A program made the translations under genes and the position numbers. From Botryllus schlosseri (taxonomy: Eukaryota): DNA of 64,000 nt. The stretch lies in contig CM119378.1 of NCBI GenBank assembly GCA_051294905.1, positions 19,592,001 to 19,656,000 of the forward strand. The letters run 5' to 3'. The notes below the pieces were generated by a model. It saw only the letters and a list, made by a program, of their open reading frames with translations, did no database searches and was not told where the DNA came from. Positions 1-13,413 of the stretch are shown here, one piece after another; positions within the stretch are counted from its first letter, which is position 1; each line of letters begins with the position of its first letter.

Positions 1-9
1 ACTAATTGC

Positions 10-700
10 ATTTCGTATATGGGTTCGATGGATTTATGACTCAAGAGCGAAAATGGCTAATTAAAATAGTTTCTATAATGTAGAAACGAAACTTCGGTAT
101 CGATTCCGAAACCTAACGCTACGGGAGGAGATATACCGATCCATGTATAGTGCCACCCTTATGCAATTGGAAATGGTTCAAGCTCGCCTTGCTGGCATGT
201 ACTGCCCGGCAAGATTGGGTAACTCGACGACTATGATTACCTGGATCAACTCTCATGTATCATATATGCCATTATAACTTGGTAGCCTTGTTATTCCGAA
301 AGGATAGAATTCGTTGGGAACACTTATTGGCCCATCCTCCGACTTTGCATTAGGCCCATGATTGCACCGGATATTCCGAGTGATTAAAAGTAATGCTTAT
401 CAAACCGACTTTCACATGCCGGTCATCAATTGATGACTGGCATGGGTCATATATGAGTGCGACAAGCATCATGTCGTTGGTGTCGGGACGTTTTCCAGTG
501 AACGCACTACATTCCCCGAGCGTCCTTTCCCATAAAACATTTTTGATGCATGCTTTTCCCATGCGTAATTTGGCATACAGTCTGTCAATATCCCCCTAAG
601 TTCAATAGCGCAGCATTGACCACGACGGCATTTCGTTGAAAATCATTTCCAAGTCTTAAAGCGTTTGTGTCAGTCGAAAAAATGCAGCGTTGCTAAGGTT
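10..700 (-). pseudogene. Decayed trypsin-like (S1) serine protease
   Basis: Hand translation of the minus strand gives S1 motifs in order. LRMG resembles VRLG; DTNDMMLVAL resembles NDIMLIKL (catalytic Asp region); *CKVGGWA resembles C-x-x-GWG; after a frameshift GSTCQQGELEPF resembles TCQGDSGGP (Ser motif degraded); WIGIS and YRNYFN* resemble VxxYxxWI. Includes ORF 350..562. A His-motif relic near 680-700 is weak. Confidence 0.6.
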
Positions 701-1736
701 ATATACAATATATTACGTCACAATCGTGATGCGTCACGGCAATAGTCATAAGCTGCTGTTGAAAATTAGGCACATGCGTATTCGCAGGTCACAAAAAAAC
801 TAAAGTCTTGCTTATCCTTTAGAATTTAAATCATGATGCAAATTCGACGTCTCTGCATTCCGTAAACAGACACAAATATTTGTCGCTATTAGCAATGCCA
901 TTATAACCTGATATGAATCAATTTTGGGTGTAAAACTGCGCGAAAACGAGACAACATATTTTTGATTTCGATTTCATTTTGGATAGAAACATCGAAGCGA
1001 CTTAATATCAAAATAACTGACACTTCGTGCATGCAGCAGTATAAATTCGCGTGATGCCAAGAGATACAACTGCCTTGCGGAGCTGGGAACAGAACTTTCC
1101 GCCATTACTGTAATGAATTATTGCGACTCATCACGACAACTATTTTTAGAGGAAACGAGCTCATTTTTCATCGCTGCGTCAAACAAAACATAAACTTTCG
1201 CCGTAAATGCACCGCGATGACTTCGGCGATCATTTAGAAACATCGCACGAAATGTTCGGTGCATTAGTTTTCGTTATTTTGTCGTGTATATTTGTCACTC
1301 GACGGCCTATTTCAAGTATAACAGCACTCACATTACGCCTGCGGATTGTGAACTAATAAATAAGTTTTCTCTATGTAAGATATAATCATTGTTGACATAT
1401 GTATGTAGGGACGTAACGCAAATCTAAGATATGACATCAGGAATATAACACCAACTTGACAGGCTCATATGTGACATCAAAATCTCCATGGCGTCAGAAA
1501 ACGAAGATATATATTTCTTTAGATATGTAAGGCTATGTTTTAGCTATAGTTAATAGCTCATAGAGACTCCGGTTACTTCTTTCTGCGTTCTGATTGGATT
1601 CATTTCAATGATTCTTTTGTGGCAATAGATCTAGCTGAACGTGTAATCGCAGTAAGTGTTCCTCGTCAGCAAGCACTTGACTGCAGTACCGTAGCTAAAG
1701 AGCAGGCGGCACGCAACATTAAACAGTTGTTGCTAC

Positions 1737-3011
1737 TAGGGTTAGTTCGGATATCAATAATTTTCACTATCCGGATATTTGGAATTTATCTAACCGGTTA
1801 ACCGGATAATAAATGCTAAGTGAGACAATCGATTTCACGAGGTCTGCATGAAAGACGGATCGCAAAATCATTGCACAGTGTTATTCTAGAGTAGACCTAT
1901 ACGTACACGCGAATACCAGCGAATACGAGAAAAACCACGCAAATTTAATGTTCACTGCTTCTGCAACGCCCTACTTATAAAGCACATTGCATCAATTGTG
2001 GCATCCTGTAGCCGGGGCCGGAATTTTCTATCAAAGAGTCCACATGCATTGAATGCTCTTTCAGCTTCCACAGAAGTGGTCTGAATAGTAAGCAGCGCTT
2101 CGTAGAGAGTCAAAAGGTTGGCAGGTCGTTTCCCGGAAACTTCAACGACTTTACATTTGTTTTGACCATTCTTCTGTTTAGGTTTGGAGTACTAGAAGGA
2201 CGAGTAGCTGATACTCGGATTGATGCCGATATGATACCTCGCTCTAATTCCTCCGTGAGAAATTCACGTGATCAGGCACGCAGCCAGCCGAAAATTAGGG
2301 GGGGGGGTCTGAATAAAATGAGGGGGCTTCGATTTTTCGACTAAAGTATCAGCGGAAATCAATTACACTTGCACGCACGCACATGTTGGCGAACATTCGA
2401 TGTCATTCAGTTTCGCGATGTCACTCTCACAATCGCTAATCAGATCAGAATACACTTAACGGCATATCGTCATCAAACCATCGAGAGATAGGAGTCAACG
2501 CATGCTAGGCCCGAGACGCGATGGTTAGGCCAGCGATGATATCTTTCGTAGGCCTATTGCAGACGCGACTGTGTAGGTCAGCGATAATATCGTGAGCACG
2601 AAGCCAATGCAGATGCGATTGTGTAGGCCAGCGATGGAATAGTGTGCACACTGCACAGGGCCTATTGCAGATGCGATTCTTCAATCTAGCGGAACTATAG
2701 GCTTGTTGAAGACGAGATAAATCAAGCCTAAGACGATAGCCGGGCGCGCGGCAATCAATGACCTAATTTAACGATCTTCTCAGCATGAGATCGCGTCGCG
2801 TTACATTGCGCAGACGCATCTCGCTCATTGGCAAAGCGCTTCTCGCTAATCAGCCGCGCGCAACGCTGAATACGACGTATTGAAGCTTATTAAAAAGTGT
2901 AAAACGCATTAGCAACGATACTCTTTAATCCGGTTAACCGGCAGAATTATATCCGGATATCAGATAATAAAAATACTTCCGGTTAACCGTTATCCGGATA
3001 ATCCAACCCTA
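1737..3011 (-). mobile_element. Non-autonomous hAT (Ac-like) element retaining a transposase C-terminal fragment
   Basis: Ends TAGGGTT...AACCCTA with CCGGTTAACCGGATA-type subterminal repeats. Perfect 8-bp TSD GTTGCTAC at 1729-1736 and 3012-3019. Minus strand ~1952-2150 reads EVSGKRPANLLTLYEALLTIQTTSVEAERAFNACGLFDRKFRPRLQDATIDAMCFISRALQKQ*, the hAT dimerisation-domain pattern. Confidence 0.92.
2505..2680. repeat. About 3 degenerate ~50-bp tandem units inside the hAT element
   Basis: Recurring TAGGCCAGCGAT and GGCCTATTGCAGA(C/T)GCGA motifs spaced ~50 bp apart. Confidence 0.7.
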
Positions 3012-3368
3012 GTTGCTACCCTCTAACAACAAGATCTGAGATTACATTCAGACAATGCAATGTATGCCTTTTTGCAGTGCGAATGTCCGTACGTATCAAC
3101 ACAAAACTAGCATTATTATGCCCGAATTATACAAGGTGAATTGAAAGATTTGAAATATACCTCGAAGTTTCGGAATATTCAATTCCATTAACAGGATTGT
3201 ATTAACCACAGATGCAGTTAAAGTTGGCACCGATGTGAAAAAGTACAGTACTGTAAAAATACGTACAAAGTTATCAAAATCTACTCTTGCACAGGTACAA
3301 ATACTTACTTCCAGATATTCCTAGATTAAATTCACGTCTTGCTACACATTTGCGATGCTTGAGTGAAA

Positions 3369-4301
3369 CAGTGTTGGGATGACTCGAGTCATGACTTGAC
3401 TCGAGTCAGACTCGAGTCACCTTTTTCGTATGACTTGACTTGACTCGAGTCACTTTGCTAAAATGACTTGACTTGACTTGACTCGGCCTATCAAAAATGT
3501 GGATTGACTCGTGACTCGGAGCAAAATTCACGACTCAATTTCAAGTCATCAAGTAATCGGCTTTGATTATAATCACTGCATCTTGCATATGTTCGAATTG
3601 TTCGCCATACGCTGGTGTAACCCGTGAGAGCGACCAATCATTTAATGATCGTGCGTTTTACTTAGCCTCCATTGTTCTCTCACTAATGAATTGACCGCAA
3701 ACTAATTGATCGAAGCTTACAGCTTAGGTTGTCGTAAACTCGTATAGTAAAGTAAATTATGTTCTCTGTTTTTACCTTAACCAAACCTATTGTTTTATTG
3801 AAACTGAATTCGAATATAGTTTATATCGTCCTCAACCATTGGCGCTGACTCGAATTGTATCATATAGATTTGTAAATGCGTAATGTATTGCATCTTATCA
3901 GTTCGTATCTATTCTCTATCTTGGCTGGTAACTATAAACTGAGGTTTAGCAGTTCTACTTATATGTGATCGATACAGCGCCTTCTTGCTTGTATATTTCA
4001 CTCTATATTCGTTCATCGGTTCAAAATCAATGACCACTCAATCTGTATTACAGACAGCTAGCAAAATGCCATGAAGTAGCGTACCTCATACTTTGAAAAG
4101 ACAACTTGACTTGAATTGTGACTTGACTCGTGACTTGACTTGACTTGACTCGACTTGACTCGAGTCACCTCCAAAAATCGAGTGACTTGACTTGACTCGA
4201 GTCACCTTTGAAAATCGATTGACTTGACTTGACTCGAGTCAAAATGTGCAATGACTCGAAATGACTCGTGACTCGAAGGTAGTGACTTGATCACAACACT
4301 G
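3369..4301. mobile_element. TIR MITE with GACTTGACTCGAGTC subterminal arrays
   Basis: Ends CAGTGTTG...CAACACTG. Dense GACTTGACTCGAGTCA arrays at ~3380-3550 and ~4100-4290. Flanks TGAGTGAAA (3360-3368) and TCAGTGAAA (4302-4310) look like a TSD with one mismatch. Confidence 0.88.
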
Positions 4302-6116
4302 TCAGTGAAATAGTTCAGCAATTTATGACCAAGGAAAGTGTTTTGATCATTTTCCGATTGTACCCCGTTAAATATCAACTAATCATAATAGACCACTGAA
4401 CGAACACGGACGCGGATTTAGAAATTTAATACAGTTGTGTTGTATTGGTAGAATTAGGGCCTAGAATAGCGTATTAAATATCGTAGGCCCTGGAAGTAGC
4501 TTACCTCATTATTCTAATATTCAGTAAGTTTGTATGCTAGATTGCTTTCAATTCGGGAATATTGTTGTCGGCTGCTTTAACCACATCGGGACGCATGGAA
4601 CAATCTTGATGCAGGTATACATTGCGCGTAGTATCAGTAATAGAATTTACATATTGTCGATATGACAGTCAGTTGATACATTTTACGAACCGAAACCTCA
4701 ACTCAGTGTTTGCGGAGTATGACACATATATCCAAGTAACAAAATATGTTGTTAACCAATATTAGCTAAATGTAAATCTTATTGGAGAAGGAGTGTTCGA
4801 TTTTAAAATGAATGACTTCTGTGAATAAGTTACAAGATTGATCATACAGCTTATATATACTAATATTTCATTAGTTTTAACGGAATACTGTGAAATATTC
4901 AATTTTCTGCAAAATTCGTCAATGTCGAGCAGGGACATTGGACGCGGAACGTACGAATGATCTATAATCGCACATTACTCATTTTGAAAACATCAAGTCT
5001 TCCAGCAAGTTTGAGTTAATACCCGTCAATTTGATACAAAAGTATCCATTTCATATCCCCGGTCATTTATTGTTCGGCATGAAATCGATTTCGTATAGAT
5101 GACAACTATATTAGTCACCTGATATCATGGACTACGAATAGCTTGCTTAGACAACAGTAAAGCGCCTGTCTAGACTCGAGGCACAGTGTCAGACCAAATA
5201 TCGAAAAATATTGCAATAATGCAATCGCCGTATGTGCATTGCAAAGATGGATGGATGTGGTCCATCATGTCTTTATTGACCTCAACAGCTACGATAAAAA
5301 CTATTGGATTTAGGATAGCAATGTGTTAATTTTGTGAGGCAATGTCAAAGCCTGACTATAGGAACTATCTTAAGAACAAAGGTCAATTGGTCGTGGAATG
5401 TTTTTAATGGATTACAAATGACTAATAGGGTACTCATGTGATTGCCATTAAAACTGTCGCAAATAAAGGAATTTCCCTCGCCGTCACCAGCACAGGCACA
5501 TGCACAGGCGCAACTCATTTACTTCGGTCGACACAAACAGCACTATAGCTGAAGATATGCATGGTTGGTTGCTTGGTTAGGTATTGAAGTTCAAAATATC
5601 AACAAAACTCAGCAAAACAACTACCAAGCATCGCTAATGCTGCTGGTCGGTAGCAGCCGATTGTGTTGCTGTCTGATTGAAATTGGTGCTACAAATTAAC
5701 GTTGATGCTGTTCACAAGTGGCTGCTCGTGTACGAGTGGGTCATTAATGACGACTTTTGAAAATGTCCGTCCGCTTTTGTTGCAGGTAACAGTTCTGCGA
5801 CAATGCAACACACGTATACGCATCATTGGTGGTAGAATTTGTAGCAATAGATGCATGCATAATTGCATTTTCTCAATGGTGGTTCATGCACTGTATCCCG
5901 ACATGGTCTTAGGGTAAAATAAAACACCGCACTCACAGGTTACTGTAAATGCAAGGGTGCAAATAGGCGTTTTTACCATATTTCCACCATCATATGGTGC
6001 AAATTATGTAATCTTCTTTTTCTGTTGCAAATTTAGCTTTCACATCACAACGAGTCAAAAACACGAATCCTTTTGGATATATATCTCTGGAGTATGGTGG
6101 ATTTTGTTCTTGGAAT

Positions 6117-6144
6117 GGGGGGGTGGGGGGGGGGGGGGGTGGGG
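6117..6144 (+). repeat. Poly-G tract
   Basis: GGGGGGGTGGGGGGGGGGGGGGGTGGGG read directly. Confidence 0.95.
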
Positions 6145-8985
6145 TACGCAAAACCAGAAGCCACTATACACTCATTGGATATATCTGCGTTTGTAATGAT
6201 ACATTGGGATCATTCGCTCCGATTGATGGAACGGGTGTGAAAAGAAACGTTGTATTGGCACGCGATGACTTTATTTGCAGCTTACGGCAGAGTTGATTAC
6301 ATGAATATTCGCTTAGAGTGCAGGATGATAGAACAAAGGGGTATACCTACGTTTTCACACTGCCGTCTTGTGTCGGGATAAGTCGGCATATGTTATCATA
6401 AATGTAATATTTGGATACAAGCCCAGCAAATCGCTTAGTGAGGATAGATGTTATCATGCTAGGGTGACATTCAGCAGCAACGATCGGCCTGATCTATGAG
6501 GAACTGGCGTTTGATTTGCGTTGACTTGATCTTAGTCATTGATGGGTTTCTCCTCAACACGCTTGCACGTGATATCTGTAAACGCTACGCGCAGGTATTG
6601 TCATTTGGCATCGTCTCAAATAGCCAACGTCAAACTTATCGCCACGAAGACATCTATAAAGAGCTTGTCTATATGGTAAGTATCACACAATATTGACGTG
6701 TAGAAATGGCAGGCGGTCGATATTTGTTCTGGATTATTCTTCAAAAAAACATGGAGGAATTCCCGCAATGCTAATTTTACAGCTGGAAAGTTTTAATAGT
6801 AAGACATCAACCGGGTTTCGAGTCTGAAATATTCTGCAACCTTGTCATTAACATAATTGGCAATTACTCGGACGACCAGATTACAACGCGAAAATTCGAA
6901 GAAACGGGTCCTCGGTACCACACAGTTTTGTCTCTATACATGCATGCTAACATCACATACGACACAAGTGTATGTTCAAAGTATAATTCTGCATTAATCT
7001 CCATCCAGTTGGTGGTATCAGGTACGGCGAACTACGTTGACGAATTACACATTCCACACACCTTGAGTTTGGTTTTGCCTAAGAAATCGCACACTGTCAA
7101 GTAGAAGTAGAAGTAGTCTAAAACCACTGTCCATTTATGCCTACCAATGAAGACCTTGTCCGACCCAGGTTTATTGCCAGTTTAAGGTAAAAATGGCGCA
7201 TACACTCCATTCAAATATTATTCTCGACAGTTATACGGTTCATAGATATCCCTTAATTAACCACCGTTAAGGTGTGCGAGTATGCCAGAATTGATGGTAC
7301 ACAAAAACAGTCCGTAGTTCGACATTACAACCGGACTTCAGTCGGCGCATCATGTTAATTTTTGCTGTATGCCATTATTGACCATGGTGCATTTCTTTGT
7401 ACACCATCAACGACAGTGGTGCAAACGACCAGCCGCTATTAAGCACACCCAAGATTTTGTTTAATAAACAACAACGAGACCATACAAACACGATAATTTT
7501 CTTTACATCCAAATGCGCAATAGTCAATAATGAATCAATTAAAAATAGTGTATTGAAAATTAATAGAGGTTTAGGTCAGATGCGAAATTCTAGTGCCCTG
7601 GCCGGCCGAGCCTGAAAATGGTTCACACTTCACGCCCTGAATATATTATTTCCTTCTCGAAGGATGTGTTAATATCTTGTCAACGTGCACCACGCAATTG
7701 TTACACTGCGCTGAGGAAAACGATCCCAGTTTCTGGCGGCAGATAACTATCTGATCAACCGCCAGAAAAAATGCCTGACATTATCAGATCGCATAAGGCA
7801 GATTAAGCGGAGAGATTAAACGTCAATCTTATTTCTCGCGCATAAACACTCTGCAGTCGCGTCGCTACCGGAAATGCAGTCTCGATGAGCTCGCAGACAG
7901 AATCCGAAGATGAAGCCAAGATGTCTTTGCCCCAGGGCACCTACTAAAACATTCGAGCTTTTAAGACTAAATATCAGCATACGCCAATCCGGTGTTTTGC
8001 ACTAATAATGAAACATCTTGGAAATGAATCGCGCACTGTCTCTATGCAGCCATTGTATCGCGGGATAAGCCGCGAGCCCATCTTCCAGCTCGTGGTTTAT
8101 GGCGGCGGTATTATGATTGCTTTGCCGTTAATGCTACAATTCTTGTGAATTTTGTATGTCAATACAATTGAAGGTGCTATCACTTTGAAAGGTGGCGCTG
8201 AAGTAAACACCTCATATTATATGGTTGTGTCTTCACACCAAAAAGACGAAAACATAACCTAACTAAGAATTACATCAGTTAAAATGTTAAAATACAGCTA
8301 AAAATATCTACAGAGCTATTTAATTAATCAATGCCGCCATTAGTTACGGAATACGTATAGAAAGTGGCATGTCTGTAAGGCCGTGTGTTGTGTGGCATAT
8401 TACACACTCAGAAATGCGATTTCACACATATCACAACATATCCGAGAACTAGATTTGGCGATAAACCAAGAAACAACATCACAATCTCAGATACATCGCA
8501 TTAATTTCGACAGTGTAAGCAAATACCCATGTCTGTATCAGCTCGCATCATATGCCAACGATGTTGATTATTAAAATATATAATGTCTGCGAATCCGTAT
8601 GTTTATTGGTATGTATAAACAGCGTACGCGACTTGTCCGTCGGGTCAACAAGGCGAGGATATGATAATTGAAGATGTGGATTAAAATTTGCATAAATATC
8701 CACAGTCATTTACAGAAATAATGTTGCTGACACAAGATACATATACACAGCAATTATTTCGACACCACAATGAACATTATTGTAGTGGCGTTTATGTTTT
8801 TAGTTGGCCCGGACAAGCTGGTTTACGGCGATGTATAAGCAACGAAGGGTGCTTATTTTCGTATACATAGTTGAAATGTTTGGACGATGGAGAGGCGAAG
8901 GTTACCTTATCGAGAAGCCGTTTAAGATATCAGTTTTAAAAGCATGTCGACCAATCGACCAAACGCCGAAGCCCGCCCACTAAGC

Positions 8986-9110
8986 CAGGGGTGGCCAACC
9001 TTTTTATTATTCACGGGCGCATTTCGATTACTTATGTATAGCCTATACGGCCGCATTCCAGGACATATCCGTAATGAACTAACTGGACGTCAAACACTCA
9101 CGTTAAACTG
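8986..9110 (+). mobile_element. Solo left end of a hAT-type MITE
   Basis: CAGGGGTGGCCAACC followed by CGGGCGCA/CGGCCGCA subterminal motifs like those of the 15672 and 62304 elements. No matching right end found. Confidence 0.6.
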
Positions 9111-9171
9111 TCCATGTCCATTTCCGGTGAACTCAAGACTAATCAACGTTTTCACATCGGTTTACCATAGA

Positions 9172-9435
9172 GAGAGAGAGAGAGAATGGGGGTATTCGGT
9201 TTCGTCCGTACCATCGAGGTGCTTTTGACGACGGAGATGCGATACGACCGTATGGTCATCCAGTCAGCACCCCCGCTTTTTTTCTCCTCCATGCTACCCG
9301 TGGATGCCGAGCGCCTAGCAGGATAGCGGCGGATACCGGTTTTCGAGTCTTTGGTCTGACCCGGCCGGGGATCGAACCCACGACCTACCGATCAAGTAGC
9401 CGGACGCATAACCATTACACTATCTTGCTCGGTAC
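9172..9435 (-). mobile_element. tRNA-derived SINE, full-length copy with (CT)n tail
   Basis: Reverse complement has an A box (TAGTGTAATGG), a B box (GGTTCGATCCCC), then GGTCAGACCAAAGACTCGAAAACCGGTATCC..., and ends in CTCTCTCT. Clearly homologous to the copy at 61940-63745. Confidence 0.92.
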
Positions 9436-12400
9436 TTACACTTGTATCTTGCTACCATACACGCTGAAACCGCAAGTGTTCATGTTATAAGTAGTTACGG
9501 GGCTCGTTATGGTCGCGCCGCGCGCGAAAACTTTTTCAGATTCACGAATGAATTTCGTTATTAATATTAGTAGTTTCATATGTTACTATCAATGATTTAT
9601 CCTTCCTCAGAACATGTGATCAGTTATAAATGATGAATTGATGATGCATCTTCGAGAGGGAAAATTGTTATTGGCCACTTTGTTGCTGTTATTTCTTGAC
9701 CCCTCCATCAAGATTGTCGATATAGTGGTAAAAATTAGAAACGGCGGAACGTACCAGAAAAAATTTCATACTTCCATACGGTACTTTTGACACCTTCAAT
9801 TTGCGCTTCCACTTGAAGCAGCTGCAACATGTCTTGTACCTCACTACCTCTATACTTGTAGTTTATGTGGGAATTTTAGAATACCTGCGCTGACTACCTG
9901 GACCATCTCTGTGCAATTATATAGGTTAGTTACCTATCGTGCAATATTACCACATGCGCACACCGTGTGCATGATTGATGAAGGAGGATTGTCAGCAGAA
10001 TCATTGACGAATACGCTCTGCGAATTCGTACGTTAAACTATATTTCGTGGATAAGTGGAATATTGAAGTCTCGGATGAAAAACATCAAGCGCAAAACAAA
10101 TTAAAAATATGGGAATTGGTAGACATCTTCTTCTGCGGACAGGATATCAGACATGAGTGCGCTGATATCACAAATCACTTGTTGATAATGCGGTGTGGTT
10201 GTTTACTAGCGGGATAATTATCCCAGCGCCCGTCCGGTTGACTTAAACGAGAGTCGCCCGCACTATTAAATTCGCTATCGGTGAATTCTCATTTCATTGA
10301 CGGCGTGGCCGCACTTGACGTCATAACAGACGCGGATTTTGATTGGTTCGTAAATGTCGTTAGCGATGAAGCGGGTGGTCGCGGGAGACAGGAAGGCGCG
10401 CAATGCGAGATCAAAACACCACCTAATTTCAAATTTACGCCCGCATTGGGCTAGATACCAACATCGGAAATAGTGTGGCGGGCACACGGGCTGCACAAAA
10501 TGGAGTTGATGACTTCAAACGATTCAAGTATTACGCTATCAGATGCTGGTAGATATTCGTTTAATGAACATACGACAACAGTGTCTGGTCGCGATATCTG
10601 ATGGGAATATCACGACGCGAAGTAATGATATTACACGGGCGCAATCTTCAGCGTTGGTTGGCAACCATTTATTTAAAGAGGTATCCCTATCTCCACCGTA
10701 GCGCGTCAAAATCAGGCTTTAAATCTCCCAAAACGAGCCACGCCATCAATCAATGCGACATTGACGGGCTATATTACAATTGTCTATCTTAAGAATACCG
10801 ATAAAGCGAGTATGTTATAGATTGGCGTACATAATAAATACGCTGAAACATGTAAGACGCGGAAGGTTCGTACTCGCTGCTCGTGGAACGCAGCAGATAT
10901 GTATCAGATTGAACAAGTGAAGTATTTCTATGTCAATTTGTCATCTGGGGTAATTGCCGACAGATCATCAGGTAATGTTTCGCGGGATACTTATCGAAGT
11001 GGCTAAAAGCAAGTTAGTCCGTAGCTCTCTTTTGCAAAAAGTTCTTCAACGTAAAAATAAAAGGATCTTGGTCCTTACGAAGATAAGTTGGTAAGGTGTG
11101 GAGCCGTTTTAATGACGCCACACAATACCGAATATTACATCACGACGATTCGCCATAGGTTCGCTTGTGTATCGCTTGTGTGGATACTGTGACACACGCT
11201 GTTGGCGGAGCCAGGAGAAATTTAGGGTGGTGCAAAACATTTAAACAATGATGTTATGTCACAGATTTGATGTAACGTATTAAAATAATACGATGCGCCT
11301 TACTTAAAAGTTATTGGGCCAAAGCGCCATTTTACTCCTGGCTACGTCTTGACGATTCTCATTTGGTTCGGGCTAACACATTACTGGTTACTAGGGCAGA
11401 AGACTGGTATGCAGTATACATCCATATACACATGCGATGTTTTGACTGCAATGCCACGCGTGTGAGGCGTAACAGGAGTATATACATATTCCTGGTTGTT
11501 CCTGGGCGGTCGTATGCCACGAATATGTCAAAAAGAAGTCATTATCACAAATCAAATTAGGATTGATTTCAATATTAGTTTGAGAGACTTGCCGGACTTG
11601 CAACATCATCTATGCAGATCAAATTACAGACAATGCAACATGAGGTCGGAATATGTTATAACTAGAAAGCAGGACTGTGCCAGAACATGGCCTGTTTTTA
11701 GTAGGCCATGGCCAGAAGTATAACACCACCAAAACGGATCATAACATATCGCGATTTCGACAAAACTTGTTCACAATGAGGATCTTTAACAAAAACCTAA
11801 CCGAAATGGGCGTGGTAATCCACACCAACTACTGCAATGTATGAATAGAGATGTTATTCAGGCGTGTCCACCGAACCCACATTAAACTTATTGGTGGGCT
11901 GCTACCTGCATTTTTGCACTCGATTCCAGTCATGATTCGTTGACCCGGAATTTATCAACTTACCAAATCTCGATACTCATGCATGTATGAGCGCTGATCA
12001 CGGTAACCAATAATATAGATACAAGAATAATGCATAGAATTATAGAAGCAGTACGTACATATTCCGTCAGCTCTCCGTGCAACGCTCCAATCCAAATGAA
12101 TTAAAGATCAAGCTTGTTAAACTTGTTAAATCCAATACTATGGACTAGCTAAATTGCCAATACTCTGAAACATTTAAAATGGTATTCATAAAGTTAAAAG
12201 AAAAAAACGTAGAATTCAATCTTGACCATCCACATGTAGCATCTATGGAGAATGTAGTTAACTTGTGGAGACGAATATTATGCTATTCAGGATGATCAAT
12301 ACTGCTGGATCGATAAAGGATCATTATTCTCCAGATCTTTCACCCTCCACCAAAAAGTGTATGGCGCGCGACTCCATACCGTTCAACTCATTAGAGTGGA

Positions 12401-12489
12401 AACGCCAGACCAGGCGAGGCGCCGGTTAATAGGCCTAGGCTGGTGTAACGCAATTCACGGCTCGCAGAGATGAGAGGCTCATTTATTAT

Positions 12490-13413
12490 GGTACCTTCAA
12501 CTTGATCCCTGCTAAAAGTTTGGCTTAAAATATCTCCACCACAAAGAGGTGGCTTACGGTTCAGTTGCGCTAAGGAGAAATATTTCCGTAGCCCACTTAA
12601 ACTCGCAGTCCTTCGCTAAACTAACTACGGCGGTAAGTAATCAGATCTTCACGCGTCACGCACTGGATGAAGGCTAAACACTGAGATACCTGCTATGGCA
12701 CATAGCAGCTACATATGCATGTTTGCAATTAGCTATCTCATCTGTATTCTCGAAACTTTGGCGCATAACCAAATAAAACTCTACATCGTGCGAACGTACA
12801 CAACAATCTGATACGTATTTCTTTTTATCAAAATGTTAGCGAATCGGATATGTGGATTACCCATTGAAATCCCTTTACATCGTTCGCACAGACAAGATGG
12901 TAAACCATGCAAACATACTGATTGTTTGCAAAAAATGTGATAGAAACCACATGTCCAATATATTTTATTTACCAGACTCACACGAGACACAAAGAATATC
13001 CGAAAAAGATACACATCGAACAGATGATACCATGTGAACCTTACTGTATGACAGTTGAAACATTACAAAATGTTTAACATAGGAAAGTATAGTCTCGATT
13101 TGTAAAGGAAGTAAGCACGAATGAATCCCATTTTGATTTTTGATTTTCCATGAGGAAGGAAATAACCTTTGAAACACATTTCCACTTCAGAAATTGTTTC
13201 GTTAACAATGCAGGAACAATACTGTGTAGTTTCCATTGTGTTGCAATGCCCCATAGGGAATTGTAATGCGTGTCGTCCTAAATAGATGATGGGATGGTGT
13301 GCCCCATAGTTAAAAATAAAATGCAGTGTCACTCCTTGAATATTATCGCAGATGCATGTAGCGCCAAATATCACATTATAGGTATTCATCAATGGTGTGA
13401 CGGTCATGGACAC
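12490..13413 (-). pseudogene. Possible decayed family-B (adhesion/Methuselah-like) 7TM receptor
   Basis: Hydrophobic stretches across stops and frameshifts: SCLLPLQIETILSY...KVHM (TM1-2-like), FLSHFLQTISMFAWFTILSV (TM3-like), KWATEIFLL...SLWWRYFKPNF*QG (TM6-7-like; NxLQG). A second, conflicting TM4-7-like series lies at ~12150-12430, so the assignment is uncertain. Confidence 0.3.

Noticed and set aside
7180-7450. Kolobok/piggyBac-type TTAA-bounded element
   Set aside because: Several TTAA sites and a short imperfect inverted match, but no convincing paired termini.
9340-9435. Functional tRNA gene (also 61940-62020)
   Set aside because: A and B boxes are present but run into a shared SINE body and tail, with no complete cloverleaf.
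10275-10496. LDL-receptor class A-like Cys pattern (CPPHYFRC...VCYDVKC...NE) or a CRE/CCAAT promoter
   Set aside because: Cys spacing is off and the DxSDE motif is absent. TGACGTCA and ATTGG motifs alone do not establish a promoter.
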